This document shows, piece after piece, positions 37,853-48,494 of a stretch of 64,000 bases of DNA. Below the pieces are notes generated by a model. The model saw only the letters and a program-made list of their open reading frames with translations, was not told where the DNA came from and did no database searches. The DNA comes from an uncultured Bacteroidales bacterium (GTDB lineage Bacteria; Bacteroidota; Bacteroidia; Bacteroidales; UBA932): assembly GCA_947179325.1 (NCBI GenBank), contig CAMXAU010000014.1, forward strand, positions 1,532-65,531, read 5' to 3'. The position numbers and the translations under genes were made by a program. The first letter of the stretch is position 1. The number at the start of each line of letters is the position of its first letter.

Positions 37853-38942
37853 GCCTGTTTCACTTTTCGCCCAGGCCGGCTTGGGACCATGGGTGCCGGA
37901 TGTATCCGAAACATCATTCACTGTCAATTGGGAGACTCCTGATTCTCAGCTTGTCAGGGTCGAGGTTGTCAAAGACGGTGCTGCCGATACCCTGAACTTC
38001 TATCAGACAAGATACGGCCGTAGTCTTGTCGGCACCAGCCATTCGGTAAAGGTTACAGGCCTTGAAGCCGGTACAAGATACGCCTACCGCGTCTGCGGGA
38101 TAAAGGTGCTGGACGAGTCCCAGCCATATCAGCTTGTATATGAAAAGGAGGAGAAGAAAGGGGAGTGGCACGGCATTGTCACCCTGGACAGCAAGGCACC
38201 TGTGTGCCGTTTCTCCATGGTGAATGACATACATGGCGACAAAGAACTGTTTGCTGAACTGTTCAAGGGGATTTCGCCGCAGGACATGGATTTCATGCTC
38301 ATGAATGGTGACATGGTGTCTTACATGACTTCGATTGATGTTGTCAAGGACTGCATAATATCCCCGGTGGAGACACTGCTGCATGATGTCCCGATGCTCT
38401 ACGCAAGAGGCAACCATGAGGGCCGCGGCCAGGACTTCTGGCGTTTTGAGGAAGTCTCCCCGTCGCGTGACGGAAAGGCCTGGTATGCATTCAGGCAGGG
38501 ACCGGTCGCCTTTATAGTGATAGACTGCGGCGAGGACAAGCCGGACGGGCATCCTGCATATTGCGGAAATGCGCATTTCGACCAGTACCGCGCAGAAGAG
38601 GCTGAATGGCTGAGAAGCGTGACCAAAGAAAAATGGTTCAGGACTGCGCCCTACAAGGTCTGTGTGTCGCATATACCGATGTCACTTGAAGAGGATTCAT
38701 GGTATACACAGAAACAATTGCACGAGACAATGCTTCCTATACTTAACAAGGCCGGCGTGGACCTCATGCTCAGCGCGCATTTCCACCGCCATGTGTTCGT
38801 GCCGGAGGGAAAATGCGGCAACAGTTTCCCTATCATCGTGAATGACTGCGATGAACGTCTTGACTTTGTCTGTGACGGCAGGAAAGCGAAGCTGGAAATC
38901 TATGACCGTGATGGCAATGCTGTCCATGAATATGAATTTTGA
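37809..38942 (+). CDS. Purple-acid-phosphatase-like metallophosphoesterase (FN3 + calcineurin-like)
   Basis: SPI signal ending LFA-Q; NDIH, NGDMV, RGNHE, SHIP, SAHFH metal motifs. Confidence 0.88.
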   Translation: MKTSHFLYVILLNLLPVSLFAQAGLGPWVPDVSETSFTVNWETPDSQLVRVEVVKDGAADTLNFYQTRYGRSLVGTSHSVKVTGLEAGTRYAYRVCGIKVLDESQPYQLVYEKEEKKGEWHGIVTLDSKAPVCRFSMVNDIHGDKELFAELFKGISPQDMDFMLMNGDMVSYMTSIDVVKDCIISPVETLLHDVPMLYARGNHEGRGQDFWRFEEVSPSRDGKAWYAFRQGPVAFIVIDCGEDKPDGHPAYCGNAHFDQYRAEEAEWLRSVTKEKWFRTAPYKVCVSHIPMSLEEDSWYTQKQLHETMLPILNKAGVDLMLSAHFHRHVFVPEGKCGNSFPIIVNDCDERLDFVCDGRKAKLEIYDRDGNAVHEYEF

Positions 38943-38965
38943 TCTACGGAAAATCCCCATTTATA

Positions 38966-40684
38966 ATGTGTATTAAATTGTTTTCTTCGAAAAGCTTTGG
39001 CCTCATTGCTGTCATCCTGATGCTGGCGGCGTGCAGCCCGCGGAAGACCTCCAGGCCTTTCCATGTGATACCTTATCCGCAGGAAGTTGAATTCCAGGAT
39101 GGTGTGTTTGACATTGCAGGTGCACGGTTTACGGTCGCTGCAGGAATTGACGCAATGGCAGAAGACTATATACAGTCATTCGCAGACCGCCTGGAGGCAG
39201 TTACGGGCAAGCACAATGCAATCCGCCGCGGAACAGCCGAGAGGGGAGTCGTCTTTGTGCTTGACGAGACGCTCGGGCAGGAAGCATACACAATCGATGT
39301 CACCCGAAGGTGCGCCAGGATCTCGGCATCTTCCTACAGCGGCTTTGTGTATGCCTTGCAGACGGTCGGCCAGATGCTTCCGGTGGAGTACTATGGCGGG
39401 GCAAGGTCGAAGGCAGACTTTGTCCTGCCGTGTGTCTCCATCAGCGATTCTCCGCGATTCCCGTACCGCGGCCTGCTTCTGGACGTGGGACGCCAGTATT
39501 TCAGCGTGGAGGAACTGAAGAGGGTTCTTGACATCATGTCTGTCTATAAGGCCAATGTCTTCCACTGGCATCTTAATGAGGATGCGGGGTGGCGCATGGA
39601 GATCAAGAAGTATCCGCGGCTGACCGAAGTCGGGTCGGTGCGCAGCGCAAGCCAGACAGATTTTGACCCTACGCATCTTGACGGAGTGCCGCAGAGCGGC
39701 TTCTATACCCAGGATGACATGCGTGAAGTTGTTGCCTATGCCGCAAAGCTTGGCATAACCGTTATCCCGGAGCTTGACCTTCCCGGACATATGCTCAGTG
39801 CATTGGCCTCATACCCTGAACTGGGATGTACGGGAGGTCCATATGAGGTGGCATGTACGTGGGGAGTGAAAAAGGATGTCCTGTGTGTAGGCAAGGAGGA
39901 GACATTCACCTTCCTTGAGGATGTCCTGACCGAGCTGCTGGATATATTTCCGTCGGAGTATATCAACATCGGAGGCGATGAAGTCCCGAAAGACCGCTGG
40001 AAGGCATGTCCTCACTGTCAGGCGCGCATAAGGGAGCTTGGCCTTAAAGATAAGGACGGGCATACCGCCGAGCAGTATCTCCAGAACTATGTGACAGCGC
40101 GTATGCAGAGCTTTCTTGCAAAGCACGGCCGCAAGATTATAGGCTGGGAGGAGATTCTTGAAGGAGAACTTTCGGAAGGAGTCACAGTGATGTCATGGAA
40201 AGGTACGGAAGAGGGCGTGGATGAACGCATATGGAACTACAATACCATAATGAGTCCCCGGGGCTACATGTATATTGACCGCTATCAGTCGCATGACCAG
40301 GACCATGAGCCATTTTCAATCGGAGCATATCTTCCTGTGGAACGCGTGTACGAATATGAACCTTACAAAGGTGTTCCGGAGTCCGGCAAGGACAAGATAC
40401 TTGGAGTGCAGGCAAACCTGTGGGGAGAGTATATCCGCACAGAGGAATATATGGAGTATATGCTTCTCCCGCGCCTGGCCGCTCTCAGCGAGGTTCAGTG
40501 GTGCACTCCGGAGAACCGCCAGTATCCGAGATTTGTAGAGTCGATGGACCATCATCGTGAAATCTATGGGCAGAAAGGGCTTACCTATGCCAAACACCTG
40601 TGGGGCATAGTGGGGCTTCCGGGGGCGGAATACCCGGCAAGGACTCCGGAAGAGATTGAAGAATACTGGGCATCCATGGAATAG
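38966..40684 (+). CDS. GH20 beta-N-acetylhexosaminidase (lipoprotein)
   Basis: D.PRFPYRG.LLDVGR, FHWHLNED.GWR, PELDLPGH, NIGGDE, GVQANLW.EY; lipobox LAAC. Confidence 0.95.
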   Translation: MCIKLFSSKSFGLIAVILMLAACSPRKTSRPFHVIPYPQEVEFQDGVFDIAGARFTVAAGIDAMAEDYIQSFADRLEAVTGKHNAIRRGTAERGVVFVLDETLGQEAYTIDVTRRCARISASSYSGFVYALQTVGQMLPVEYYGGARSKADFVLPCVSISDSPRFPYRGLLLDVGRQYFSVEELKRVLDIMSVYKANVFHWHLNEDAGWRMEIKKYPRLTEVGSVRSASQTDFDPTHLDGVPQSGFYTQDDMREVVAYAAKLGITVIPELDLPGHMLSALASYPELGCTGGPYEVACTWGVKKDVLCVGKEETFTFLEDVLTELLDIFPSEYINIGGDEVPKDRWKACPHCQARIRELGLKDKDGHTAEQYLQNYVTARMQSFLAKHGRKIIGWEEILEGELSEGVTVMSWKGTEEGVDERIWNYNTIMSPRGYMYIDRYQSHDQDHEPFSIGAYLPVERVYEYEPYKGVPESGKDKILGVQANLWGEYIRTEEYMEYMLLPRLAALSEVQWCTPENRQYPRFVESMDHHREIYGQKGLTYAKHLWGIVGLPGAEYPARTPEEIEEYWASME

Positions 40685-40764
40685 CCCTGCCGGGATGCGG
40701 GCTTTGCCCTCAATCTCGGTATAAATCACCAGTATAAGAATTAAGCAACTAAACACTAACTGCA

Positions 40765-42219
40765 ATGAATAATATCCTAAAATCATTAGCTGTCTGCGCT
40801 GCAGCAATAGTGCTTGCCGGCGCGGCTGTCTCCTGCACACAGGAGAACTCAAAGATAATAAAGACTGAAATCCCGGCCCGCTCTGCCGGACAGGAAGATG
40901 TAATCGGACTCAGGCTTGCTCCGATGGATACCGTCAGAATCGGTTTCGTCGGTCTCGGCGGCCGTGGCTCGTATGCCCTTTACAGATACCTTTCAGTTCC
41001 ATGGACCAAGATTGTTGCACTTTGTGACATAGAGCCTGACAGGGTCGAGAAGAATGTGAAGTTTCTTAAGGAACATGATATTGAAGTCGCGGCCACGTAC
41101 ACTGGAGACAGCGGATTCAAGGAACTTTGCCGTCGCGGCGACATCGATCTTGTCTATATCTGTACCGACTGGGCCAATCATGCTCCTGTCGCTCTTGAAG
41201 CCCTGAACAACGGGAAGAATGTGGCATGCGAGGTGCCTTCTGCCACTTCCCTTGAAGAATGCTGGGCACTTGTGGATGCGGCCGAGAAGAACCGCCGCCA
41301 CTGCATGATGCTCGAGAACTGCTGCTATGACTTCTTTGAACTTTCTGCCCTGGAGATGGCACGTAATGGCGTATTCGGGGAGGTCGTCCATGCGGAAGGA
41401 GCCTACTGCCATAACCTCACCGACTATTGGGACGGCTACTGGAGGAACTGGCGCCTCGATTTCAACAGCAAGCATAAGGGAGATGTATATCCGACACATG
41501 GTCTCGGACCTGTCTGCCAGGTCCTGAACATCCATAGGGGAGACCGTATGAAGACTCTTGTTGCTATGGACACTCCGTCTGTAAACGGTGTGAAGTCCGT
41601 AAAGAGGTACCAGGGCATCGATATGCCTGATTTCAAGAACGGAGACCTTACGGCAACAATGATTCTTACAGAAAAGGGCAAGTCCATCCTCATTGAACAT
41701 GATGTCATGACCCCGCGTCCGTACAACAGGATGTATCAGCTCGTCGGAACCGAAGGCTATGCGGCAAAATATCCGATAGAGCAGTGGAGCGTCAGCAAGG
41801 GACAGGCTGATTCATTGGGACTTTTCATTGAAGAGGATGCCGCAGGTGGCGACGGCCGCATGACAGAGCGTGACCGCATTGATTTCCATGGTGCGCTGCC
41901 GGCGGATGTTGTGGAAAGGCTTCAGAAAAAATATCCGACCCCTATCCTGGACAAGGACCTTGAGGAGCTTGCAAAGCGTGTCGGCGGGCACGGCGGAATG
42001 GACTTCCTCATGGACTACCGCCTCATCTACTGCCTGCACTACGGGCTTCCTCTTGACATGGACGTATATGACCTTGCGGAATGGTGCTGCATCTCTGAGC
42101 TTGGTGCAATATCCATAGAAAACGGCTGTGCGCCGGTTGAGGTCCCTGACTTCACGCGCGGTGCATGGGACAAGGTTGACGGATTCAGATATGCATTCGC
42201 GGACGGGTCTTTCAGATAG
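40765..42219 (+). CDS. GH109 NAD+-dependent alpha-N-acetylgalactosaminidase-like (Gfo/Idh/MocA fold)
   Basis: GFVGLGGRG, CEVP, ENCCY, YPTHG, GGHGGMD. Confidence 0.88.
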   Translation: MNNILKSLAVCAAAIVLAGAAVSCTQENSKIIKTEIPARSAGQEDVIGLRLAPMDTVRIGFVGLGGRGSYALYRYLSVPWTKIVALCDIEPDRVEKNVKFLKEHDIEVAATYTGDSGFKELCRRGDIDLVYICTDWANHAPVALEALNNGKNVACEVPSATSLEECWALVDAAEKNRRHCMMLENCCYDFFELSALEMARNGVFGEVVHAEGAYCHNLTDYWDGYWRNWRLDFNSKHKGDVYPTHGLGPVCQVLNIHRGDRMKTLVAMDTPSVNGVKSVKRYQGIDMPDFKNGDLTATMILTEKGKSILIEHDVMTPRPYNRMYQLVGTEGYAAKYPIEQWSVSKGQADSLGLFIEEDAAGGDGRMTERDRIDFHGALPADVVERLQKKYPTPILDKDLEELAKRVGGHGGMDFLMDYRLIYCLHYGLPLDMDVYDLAEWCCISELGAISIENGCAPVEVPDFTRGAWDKVDGFRYAFADGSFR

Positions 42220-42228
42220 ACATCGGAA

Positions 42229-45207
42229 ATGAATATTAGGATTGGTTTAAAAGTATGCCTGCTGGCCATTCTTATGATGGCCGGCGGCATTGTCTCCCTC
42301 GCCCAGGTGTCCGTAGCCGGAATCGTTACGGACAAGGCGACGGGAGAGCCTTTGGTCGGGGTCAGCGTGGCCGTGCAGGGTACATCTGCAGGTGTGGTCA
42401 CTGACATTGACGGAAGATTCCGCGCAGATGTCCCCGAAGATGCTTCTCTTATATTCGGCTATCTCGGCTACAGGACCCTAACAGTTCCGGTAGACGGCAG
42501 GAAGATGCTTGAAATTGTCATGGAATCTGACATAAATACTCTTGACGAAGTTGTCCTGATGGGATACTCTTCCATGAAGAAGACAGAGCTTTCAAGTTCG
42601 GTCGTCTCTGTGCAGGGGGACAGGCTGAGGGACATCGTTACGTCTGATCTCGGCACTATGCTGCAGGGCAAGGTTGCCGGTGTCGTTGTCACCAATTCTT
42701 CGGGTGCCCCGGGTTCCGGCTCGACAATCCGAATACGCGGTACAGGCAGCATCGCGGCAAGTTCTGACCCTCTATATGTGGTGGACGGAGTGGTCGGAGG
42801 GACATTCAGCCCTAACGATGTAGAGACTATCACGGTCTTGAAGGATGCCGGTTCTACAGGTATATATGGTGCCTCCGGAGCCGGTGGAGTCATTGTGGTG
42901 ACTACGAAGCAGGCAAAGAACGGCCAGGAGCCGTCAGTGGACTTCAAGGCGCAGGTAGGGGTGAAGCAGATGCTCACCGGCCGCTTCCATATGATGGATG
43001 CCTCGGAACTGTATGATCTTTACAAGTCCATAATGTCTTCCGGGGCAATGAAGAGCTATCCGGAAAAGCTCCGTACGCAGAATTTCGACTGGATAAAGGA
43101 TATGGAGAGGACCGGTGTCACACAGAACTACTGGCTCTCTGCAAGCGGAAGCCTGAAAAAGATGAATTTCCTTGTAAGCCTGGACTATTACGACGAGGAC
43201 GGCACTCAGAGGGAATCTGCATACAACAGGATTTCCGGAAGGGTGAATGTCGGGGCAGAGATCGCCAGGAACCTGACGCTCAACGCAAGGGTAAGCTACA
43301 CCCAGTCAAAGACAGTTGAAGGCACGGGGCTGACCAGCTATAACCAGCTTCCGTGGAACAATCCGTATGACCAGAATACCGGCAAATACATGTACCTTTC
43401 ATCAGCCGTGCGTCCTGACAATGGAGAGCTGTGGTATGGACGTGAGGCTGTCAATCCGCTGTATGCCTCATCTGTCAATCCGAACCCGTACGGTGTCTCC
43501 AAGTCATTTGTCGGAGACCTCCAGCTGAGCTGGGCAGTCACGGACTGGCTGACAGTGACCTCGACCAACAGATATTCAACCGGCAGTACCCTCAACAAGT
43601 CTGTCGTTGTCCCGGAGGCCTACAATGCCACATGGCCTGACGGTAAGATCAGCCAGGATATTTCATGGAGCAACTCTTTCTGCACCACAAATATCATCAA
43701 ATACTTTGACACCTTCAATGGCGTCCACAGCGTGTCCGCGCTTGCCGGATATGAATACGGCTACAGCTCGGACGACTATATGAATGTCATTGCCTCCGGT
43801 CTGAAAAACGGCCTGCAGGTCCTCAACGGAACGGTTGCGGAGAACGTCTACGGGACAAAGACCGAGATGGCAAGCTGGTCGGCATTCGCACAGGCGCAGT
43901 ACAGCTACAAGGAAAAATATATCCTGAATGCCGTCTTCCGTGCAGACGCCTCATCTGTATTCGCACCAAAGAACAGGGTCGGATATTTCCCTTCCGTCTC
44001 TGCCGCATGGCTTGTGAGCGGTGAGGATTTCATGAAAAACCAGAATGTCGTCTCTTTCCTCAAGATAAGGGCAAGCTACGGAATGACCGGAAACTCAGGT
44101 CTCGGCGCGTATAAATATCTTGACCTCTATGGCTTTTCTGACAAGTTCCAGTACCAGGGTGTGCAGGGGGCTGTCCCGATGACTGTTGCCAATCCGTATC
44201 TCCACTGGGAGACAGCCGTGATGAAGAACCTCGGTGTCGACATCTCGTTCGGCAACTGGCTCACCCTTAATGTGGATGTCTACAGCAACCTCAACAAGGA
44301 CCTTCTCCTGTCGGTGCCGCTCGCGCTCAGCTCAGGCTTTGACAGCCGCACGGAGAATACCGGAAAAATACGCAACAGCGGAGTCGAGGTGCAGGTAACT
44401 TCAAACAACTTCAGCCGCAGGAACTTCAAATGGTCCACATCGCTGAATCTCGGACACAACAAGAATGTGGTTGTCTATCTTCCTGAACATAAGGATATAA
44501 TTGTCTCCCACTCGCAGGGCGACCAGATATATCGCGAGGGAGAGCCGCTCTACAGCTGGTACATGCCTAAATGGCTCGGTGTGGACCCTGCAAACGGAAA
44601 TCCGCAGTGGGAGATCCTGACGCGTGACGAAGACGGCAACATCACGGGACGCGAGCCCGGGAGCAACCTGAACAATACGCGCGATGTCCAGATTGTCGGG
44701 TGCGCCCAGCCTAAGCTGACCGGAGGCATGCTGAACTCCTTCAATGTCTATGGGGTCGAGATCAGTGCAAACCTGCAGTTCGTCTACGGCAACGATGTCT
44801 ACAACGATACCCGCCGCTATATAGACTCTGACGGAGCATACATCGACTACAATTTCATGTCCCTTGACAACGGTCTTGGATGGAGCCGCTGGGAGAAGGA
44901 AGGTGACATTGCGACCCATCCAAGGGCGAGGGTGGGAGGAAACAGGCGTTCCAATGAGCTGACTTCCCGCTATCTTGAGGACGGAAGCTACCTGCGCATA
45001 AAGAATGTGACGATAAGCTGGCCTCTGCCTGCCAATGTGACCAAGAAGATGCATTTCCGCAGCTTCAGGATTTTCCTCTCGGGGGATAATCTCTATACTT
45101 TCACAAAATTCTCGGGCATGGATCCGGAAGTCGGGGTGAAGGGGCTGTTCAGCTACAACTACCCTGTCTCAAGGACATTCTCGCTCGGCCTTGACATCAA
45201 ATTCTGA
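42229..45207 (+). CDS. SusC-like TonB-dependent transporter
   Basis: LKDAGSTGIYGASGAGGVIVVTTK plug; C-terminal YPVSRTFSLGLDIKF. Confidence 0.95.
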   Translation: MNIRIGLKVCLLAILMMAGGIVSLAQVSVAGIVTDKATGEPLVGVSVAVQGTSAGVVTDIDGRFRADVPEDASLIFGYLGYRTLTVPVDGRKMLEIVMESDINTLDEVVLMGYSSMKKTELSSSVVSVQGDRLRDIVTSDLGTMLQGKVAGVVVTNSSGAPGSGSTIRIRGTGSIAASSDPLYVVDGVVGGTFSPNDVETITVLKDAGSTGIYGASGAGGVIVVTTKQAKNGQEPSVDFKAQVGVKQMLTGRFHMMDASELYDLYKSIMSSGAMKSYPEKLRTQNFDWIKDMERTGVTQNYWLSASGSLKKMNFLVSLDYYDEDGTQRESAYNRISGRVNVGAEIARNLTLNARVSYTQSKTVEGTGLTSYNQLPWNNPYDQNTGKYMYLSSAVRPDNGELWYGREAVNPLYASSVNPNPYGVSKSFVGDLQLSWAVTDWLTVTSTNRYSTGSTLNKSVVVPEAYNATWPDGKISQDISWSNSFCTTNIIKYFDTFNGVHSVSALAGYEYGYSSDDYMNVIASGLKNGLQVLNGTVAENVYGTKTEMASWSAFAQAQYSYKEKYILNAVFRADASSVFAPKNRVGYFPSVSAAWLVSGEDFMKNQNVVSFLKIRASYGMTGNSGLGAYKYLDLYGFSDKFQYQGVQGAVPMTVANPYLHWETAVMKNLGVDISFGNWLTLNVDVYSNLNKDLLLSVPLALSSGFDSRTENTGKIRNSGVEVQVTSNNFSRRNFKWSTSLNLGHNKNVVVYLPEHKDIIVSHSQGDQIYREGEPLYSWYMPKWLGVDPANGNPQWEILTRDEDGNITGREPGSNLNNTRDVQIVGCAQPKLTGGMLNSFNVYGVEISANLQFVYGNDVYNDTRRYIDSDGAYIDYNFMSLDNGLGWSRWEKEGDIATHPRARVGGNRRSNELTSRYLEDGSYLRIKNVTISWPLPANVTKKMHFRSFRIFLSGDNLYTFTKFSGMDPEVGVKGLFSYNYPVSRTFSLGLDIKF

Positions 45208-45214
45208 CACAGCC

Positions 45215-46948
45215 ATGAAAAAGTACATAATATTGATTTTTGCGGCCCTGTCTGCTCTCTCATGCAACCTGGACTATTTCCCTTACGACAAAGTGTCGTC
45301 CGGAAGCATGCAGCACGTATCCTCTGCCACTACGGCCACGGACGGAAACTACGCCCTCTTCAAGGCCCCGGTGGAGTACAGCGGATTCTACACTGTAGGC
45401 AATACCTATATCCGCCACTACATGCTCATGTCCGAGCTGAAAGGCGACAATATCCTCATGTCTGCAAAGAGCACAGACCCGCTGTTTCTTGACGCAGTGC
45501 TTGAAGACTCGTCAAGCGATACGAATGTGGAGTATTTCTGGTTCATATCATACAAGATAGCCTATTCGGCATCTGTGGTCATCAATATGATAGACGACAA
45601 CACCGATGATGCCGTGCTGCGCCATATCAAGGGGGAGAACCTCGTGATGAGGGCACTGGCCCACATGAACCTGTGCCATTTCTTTGCAAACCCGTACATC
45701 TGGGACAACGGTGCCTCCCCCGGTGTCGTCATAAATCTCGGGGACGGGAACACTGATGTCTCAAGGGCTTCTGTTGCGCAGGTCTATGACCGTGTCGAGA
45801 AAGACCTTCTTGATGCTGTACGGTGCATGGACGGAGGTTCGCGCAGAGGCAACAGAGGGTATATGGACAAAAGCACTGCCCAGGGCTTCCTTGCGCGCCT
45901 GTATCTGTACATGGGACGCTATGAGGACTGCATAAGGGTAGTGGATGAAATGCTGGCCGGGGCAGATCCGGGCTCCATGCTGGATGAGGACTATGAGCAT
46001 CTTTTCCAATTCAGCCGCGAGTCAAAGGAAGTGCTGTGGTGCGTGGGCATGATTGACAATACGACTGACATTGCAGGGGAGCAGGGCGTGCTCGGCTCGA
46101 TGTACTGGTCGAACGGAGATCCCGGTGACGGCTCCGGATGGGCTGAGATATATTACTCGCAGCCGCTGATCGACCTTTATGAACGTCATGCCGGAGACAT
46201 GAGGCAGGCGACGATGCGTGTGCCTAAGCACATCTCCACAACCGGAAGGAAGATGATATACTGGCCGGTGCCTACCGATGACGGCTTCTACGAGAACTAT
46301 ATAGACAGGGACCCTTCATATGATGAGTCAACCGGCAGATACACATGTACATATGTCCGTACTGATGCCGCAGGCAATGAAAAGGGCGAGAGGTATGCGG
46401 TAGAAACGGAGATTGTGGATACATATCCGCGCAATTATATCGTCATGGACGGGAAGAAGCAATATGTGACGGTGACTGATTCGCTCGGATGCCGCACAGG
46501 TTCAGGCGGAAACGTCTATCCTCTGAACTACATGAAGAAATTCTCATGCCAGGAAGGCAGGATCACCAATCTCGCATCTCCGATAATGCTCCGCTGGGGC
46601 GAGCTTATCCTTGACAGGGCAGAGGCGTATGCCCATCTCGGGAATGTCTCCAAGGCGCTTGATGACGTTAACGTGATGCGCAGACGTGCCGGACTCGGGG
46701 AAGATGACATGTTCACTCTCTCCAATATGGAGGCGCGCGGCTATGGCGATGTGCTGGATGTCGTGCTGGATGAACGCCGTCTTGAGCTGTGCTTTGAAGG
46801 CTTCAGGGTGCTGGACCTCAGGAGGAACATGCGGGACATGGACCGCCGCTATGCCGGCAGGCAGATATGGGAGGTCGTGCCGTACAATGACACGAGGCTC
46901 ATGTACCAGATACCGCGCGCTGAAACCAATGTCAGCGGAATACAATAA
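45215..46948 (+). CDS. SusD-like lipoprotein
   Basis: Lipobox ALSC; GENLVMRAL, MLRWGELILDRAEA, ERRLELCFEG. Confidence 0.92.
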   Translation: MKKYIILIFAALSALSCNLDYFPYDKVSSGSMQHVSSATTATDGNYALFKAPVEYSGFYTVGNTYIRHYMLMSELKGDNILMSAKSTDPLFLDAVLEDSSSDTNVEYFWFISYKIAYSASVVINMIDDNTDDAVLRHIKGENLVMRALAHMNLCHFFANPYIWDNGASPGVVINLGDGNTDVSRASVAQVYDRVEKDLLDAVRCMDGGSRRGNRGYMDKSTAQGFLARLYLYMGRYEDCIRVVDEMLAGADPGSMLDEDYEHLFQFSRESKEVLWCVGMIDNTTDIAGEQGVLGSMYWSNGDPGDGSGWAEIYYSQPLIDLYERHAGDMRQATMRVPKHISTTGRKMIYWPVPTDDGFYENYIDRDPSYDESTGRYTCTYVRTDAAGNEKGERYAVETEIVDTYPRNYIVMDGKKQYVTVTDSLGCRTGSGGNVYPLNYMKKFSCQEGRITNLASPIMLRWGELILDRAEAYAHLGNVSKALDDVNVMRRRAGLGEDDMFTLSNMEARGYGDVLDVVLDERRLELCFEGFRVLDLRRNMRDMDRRYAGRQIWEVVPYNDTRLMYQIPRAETNVSGIQ

Positions 46949-46968
46949 CTGATAACCCAATAACTCTT

Positions 46969-48492
46969 ATGAACAGAAAGACAATTATACTTACCATGCT
47001 TGCAGTTCTCCTGCTTTCCTGCGGGAAAGAGCCGGTACCTGCAGGCATCCCTGTGGTAAAGCCCGGAATTGACATAGAGTCAGGCATGGACGGGATATAT
47101 GCTTCGCGGCAGATTTTCCAGCCAAAGGAAGTTGACGTCCCGGTGGAGCATTTCATCGCTCCTGAGCCTCCGTTCCCTTATGATGTCGTCTATTCCTATG
47201 ACGAGACCAATTTCCCGAATCCGGAACGCGGCCCTTATTTCAATGTCGCCTACAACTTCAATGACGGGAATGTCCCTGAAGTCGCTACAGTGGAGCGGCT
47301 CGCAAGCGCAAGGGAAGACGGCACATCGCTTGTGTTCACCTTCCTGTACCTGTGCGACTTTGTGGACAGGGAGATTCTTTCCGATGATGTCCTCAGGGTG
47401 ATGAGGGAGCATTTTGTGAACCTCAGGCAGTCCGGCTGCAAGGCGGTGTGCAGGATTGCATACTCATGGAACGACAAATGGCCTGTGCAGGAGCCTCCTG
47501 CGGACATGATTGTCAGCCATGTAAACCAGCTCAAGCCTATCTTCCAGGAATTCGGCGATGTGATCTATGTGATGCAGGCCGGCCTTATAGGCACATACGG
47601 AGAGTGGGCATATACAACCAATGTGAAATCTGAAGAGGATCATGCCAAGGTAGTGAAAGCCTTGCTTGAAGCCTTGCCGGAAAACAGGGCTGTCGCAATC
47701 AGGACTCCGTCATGGAAACAGAGGCTTCTACAGGAGTTCAACGGTGACGGCAAAGCTGTTACGGAGAAGGATTCGATAACTGTTGCAGATGCCTTCGGCC
47801 CTTCATACAAGGCAAGGATGGCCATACATAACGACTGTGCGTTTGTGAATGGAAATGACGGAGGAACATTCGGAAACGTGTTTTCAAGAATGTATGTCAA
47901 TGCAGAGTCCAATTACTACCCGTACGGAGGGGAGTCGTGCTACCAGGGAAATAACGAATACTGCGAGTGTACTCCGTCATATGTCAACCTGAGGACCTAT
48001 CACTGGTCCTATCTGAGCAACCACTATGCAATCAGGGAGTTATGGCAGAACGAGGGCTGCTACAACGATGCGAGCACTCGTGTCGGATACAGATTTGTCT
48101 TGAACGGTGCCGCTTTCCATGGTACATTTGCATCAGATGAGGACTTCGGGATAAGCCTGTGCCTGTCCAACTACGGGTTCGCATCGCTCATAAACAAGAG
48201 GGATATGGAGTTTGTCATCGTCAACCAGAAAAGGCCGAATGAGAAATATGTCTACCCGCTGGACAAGGACCCGCGTGAATGGAAAGGAGGCAAGGCATAT
48301 GTCTTCACGGACCGTATTGTCCTGCCTTCGGCGCTTCAGAAAGGTGCAGAGTACAGCCTGTACCTGAACCTGCCTGACGAGTCCCCGTTCCTGCATGACA
48401 ACCCGGACTACAGTGTCAGGTTTGCAAACAAGTACACATGGGACGAAAGCACGGGATATAATCTGATAGCCTCATTTAAAGCAGAATATTAG
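46969..48492 (+). CDS. DUF4874/DUF4832-like lipoprotein (putative glycoside hydrolase fold)
   Basis: Lipobox LLSC; FPNPERG, QAGLIGTYGEW, HNDCAF, GGES, VGYRFVL. Confidence 0.75.
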   Translation: MNRKTIILTMLAVLLLSCGKEPVPAGIPVVKPGIDIESGMDGIYASRQIFQPKEVDVPVEHFIAPEPPFPYDVVYSYDETNFPNPERGPYFNVAYNFNDGNVPEVATVERLASAREDGTSLVFTFLYLCDFVDREILSDDVLRVMREHFVNLRQSGCKAVCRIAYSWNDKWPVQEPPADMIVSHVNQLKPIFQEFGDVIYVMQAGLIGTYGEWAYTTNVKSEEDHAKVVKALLEALPENRAVAIRTPSWKQRLLQEFNGDGKAVTEKDSITVADAFGPSYKARMAIHNDCAFVNGNDGGTFGNVFSRMYVNAESNYYPYGGESCYQGNNEYCECTPSYVNLRTYHWSYLSNHYAIRELWQNEGCYNDASTRVGYRFVLNGAAFHGTFASDEDFGISLCLSNYGFASLINKRDMEFVIVNQKRPNEKYVYPLDKDPREWKGGKAYVFTDRIVLPSALQKGAEYSLYLNLPDESPFLHDNPDYSVRFANKYTWDESTGYNLIASFKAEY

Positions 48493-48494
48493 TC

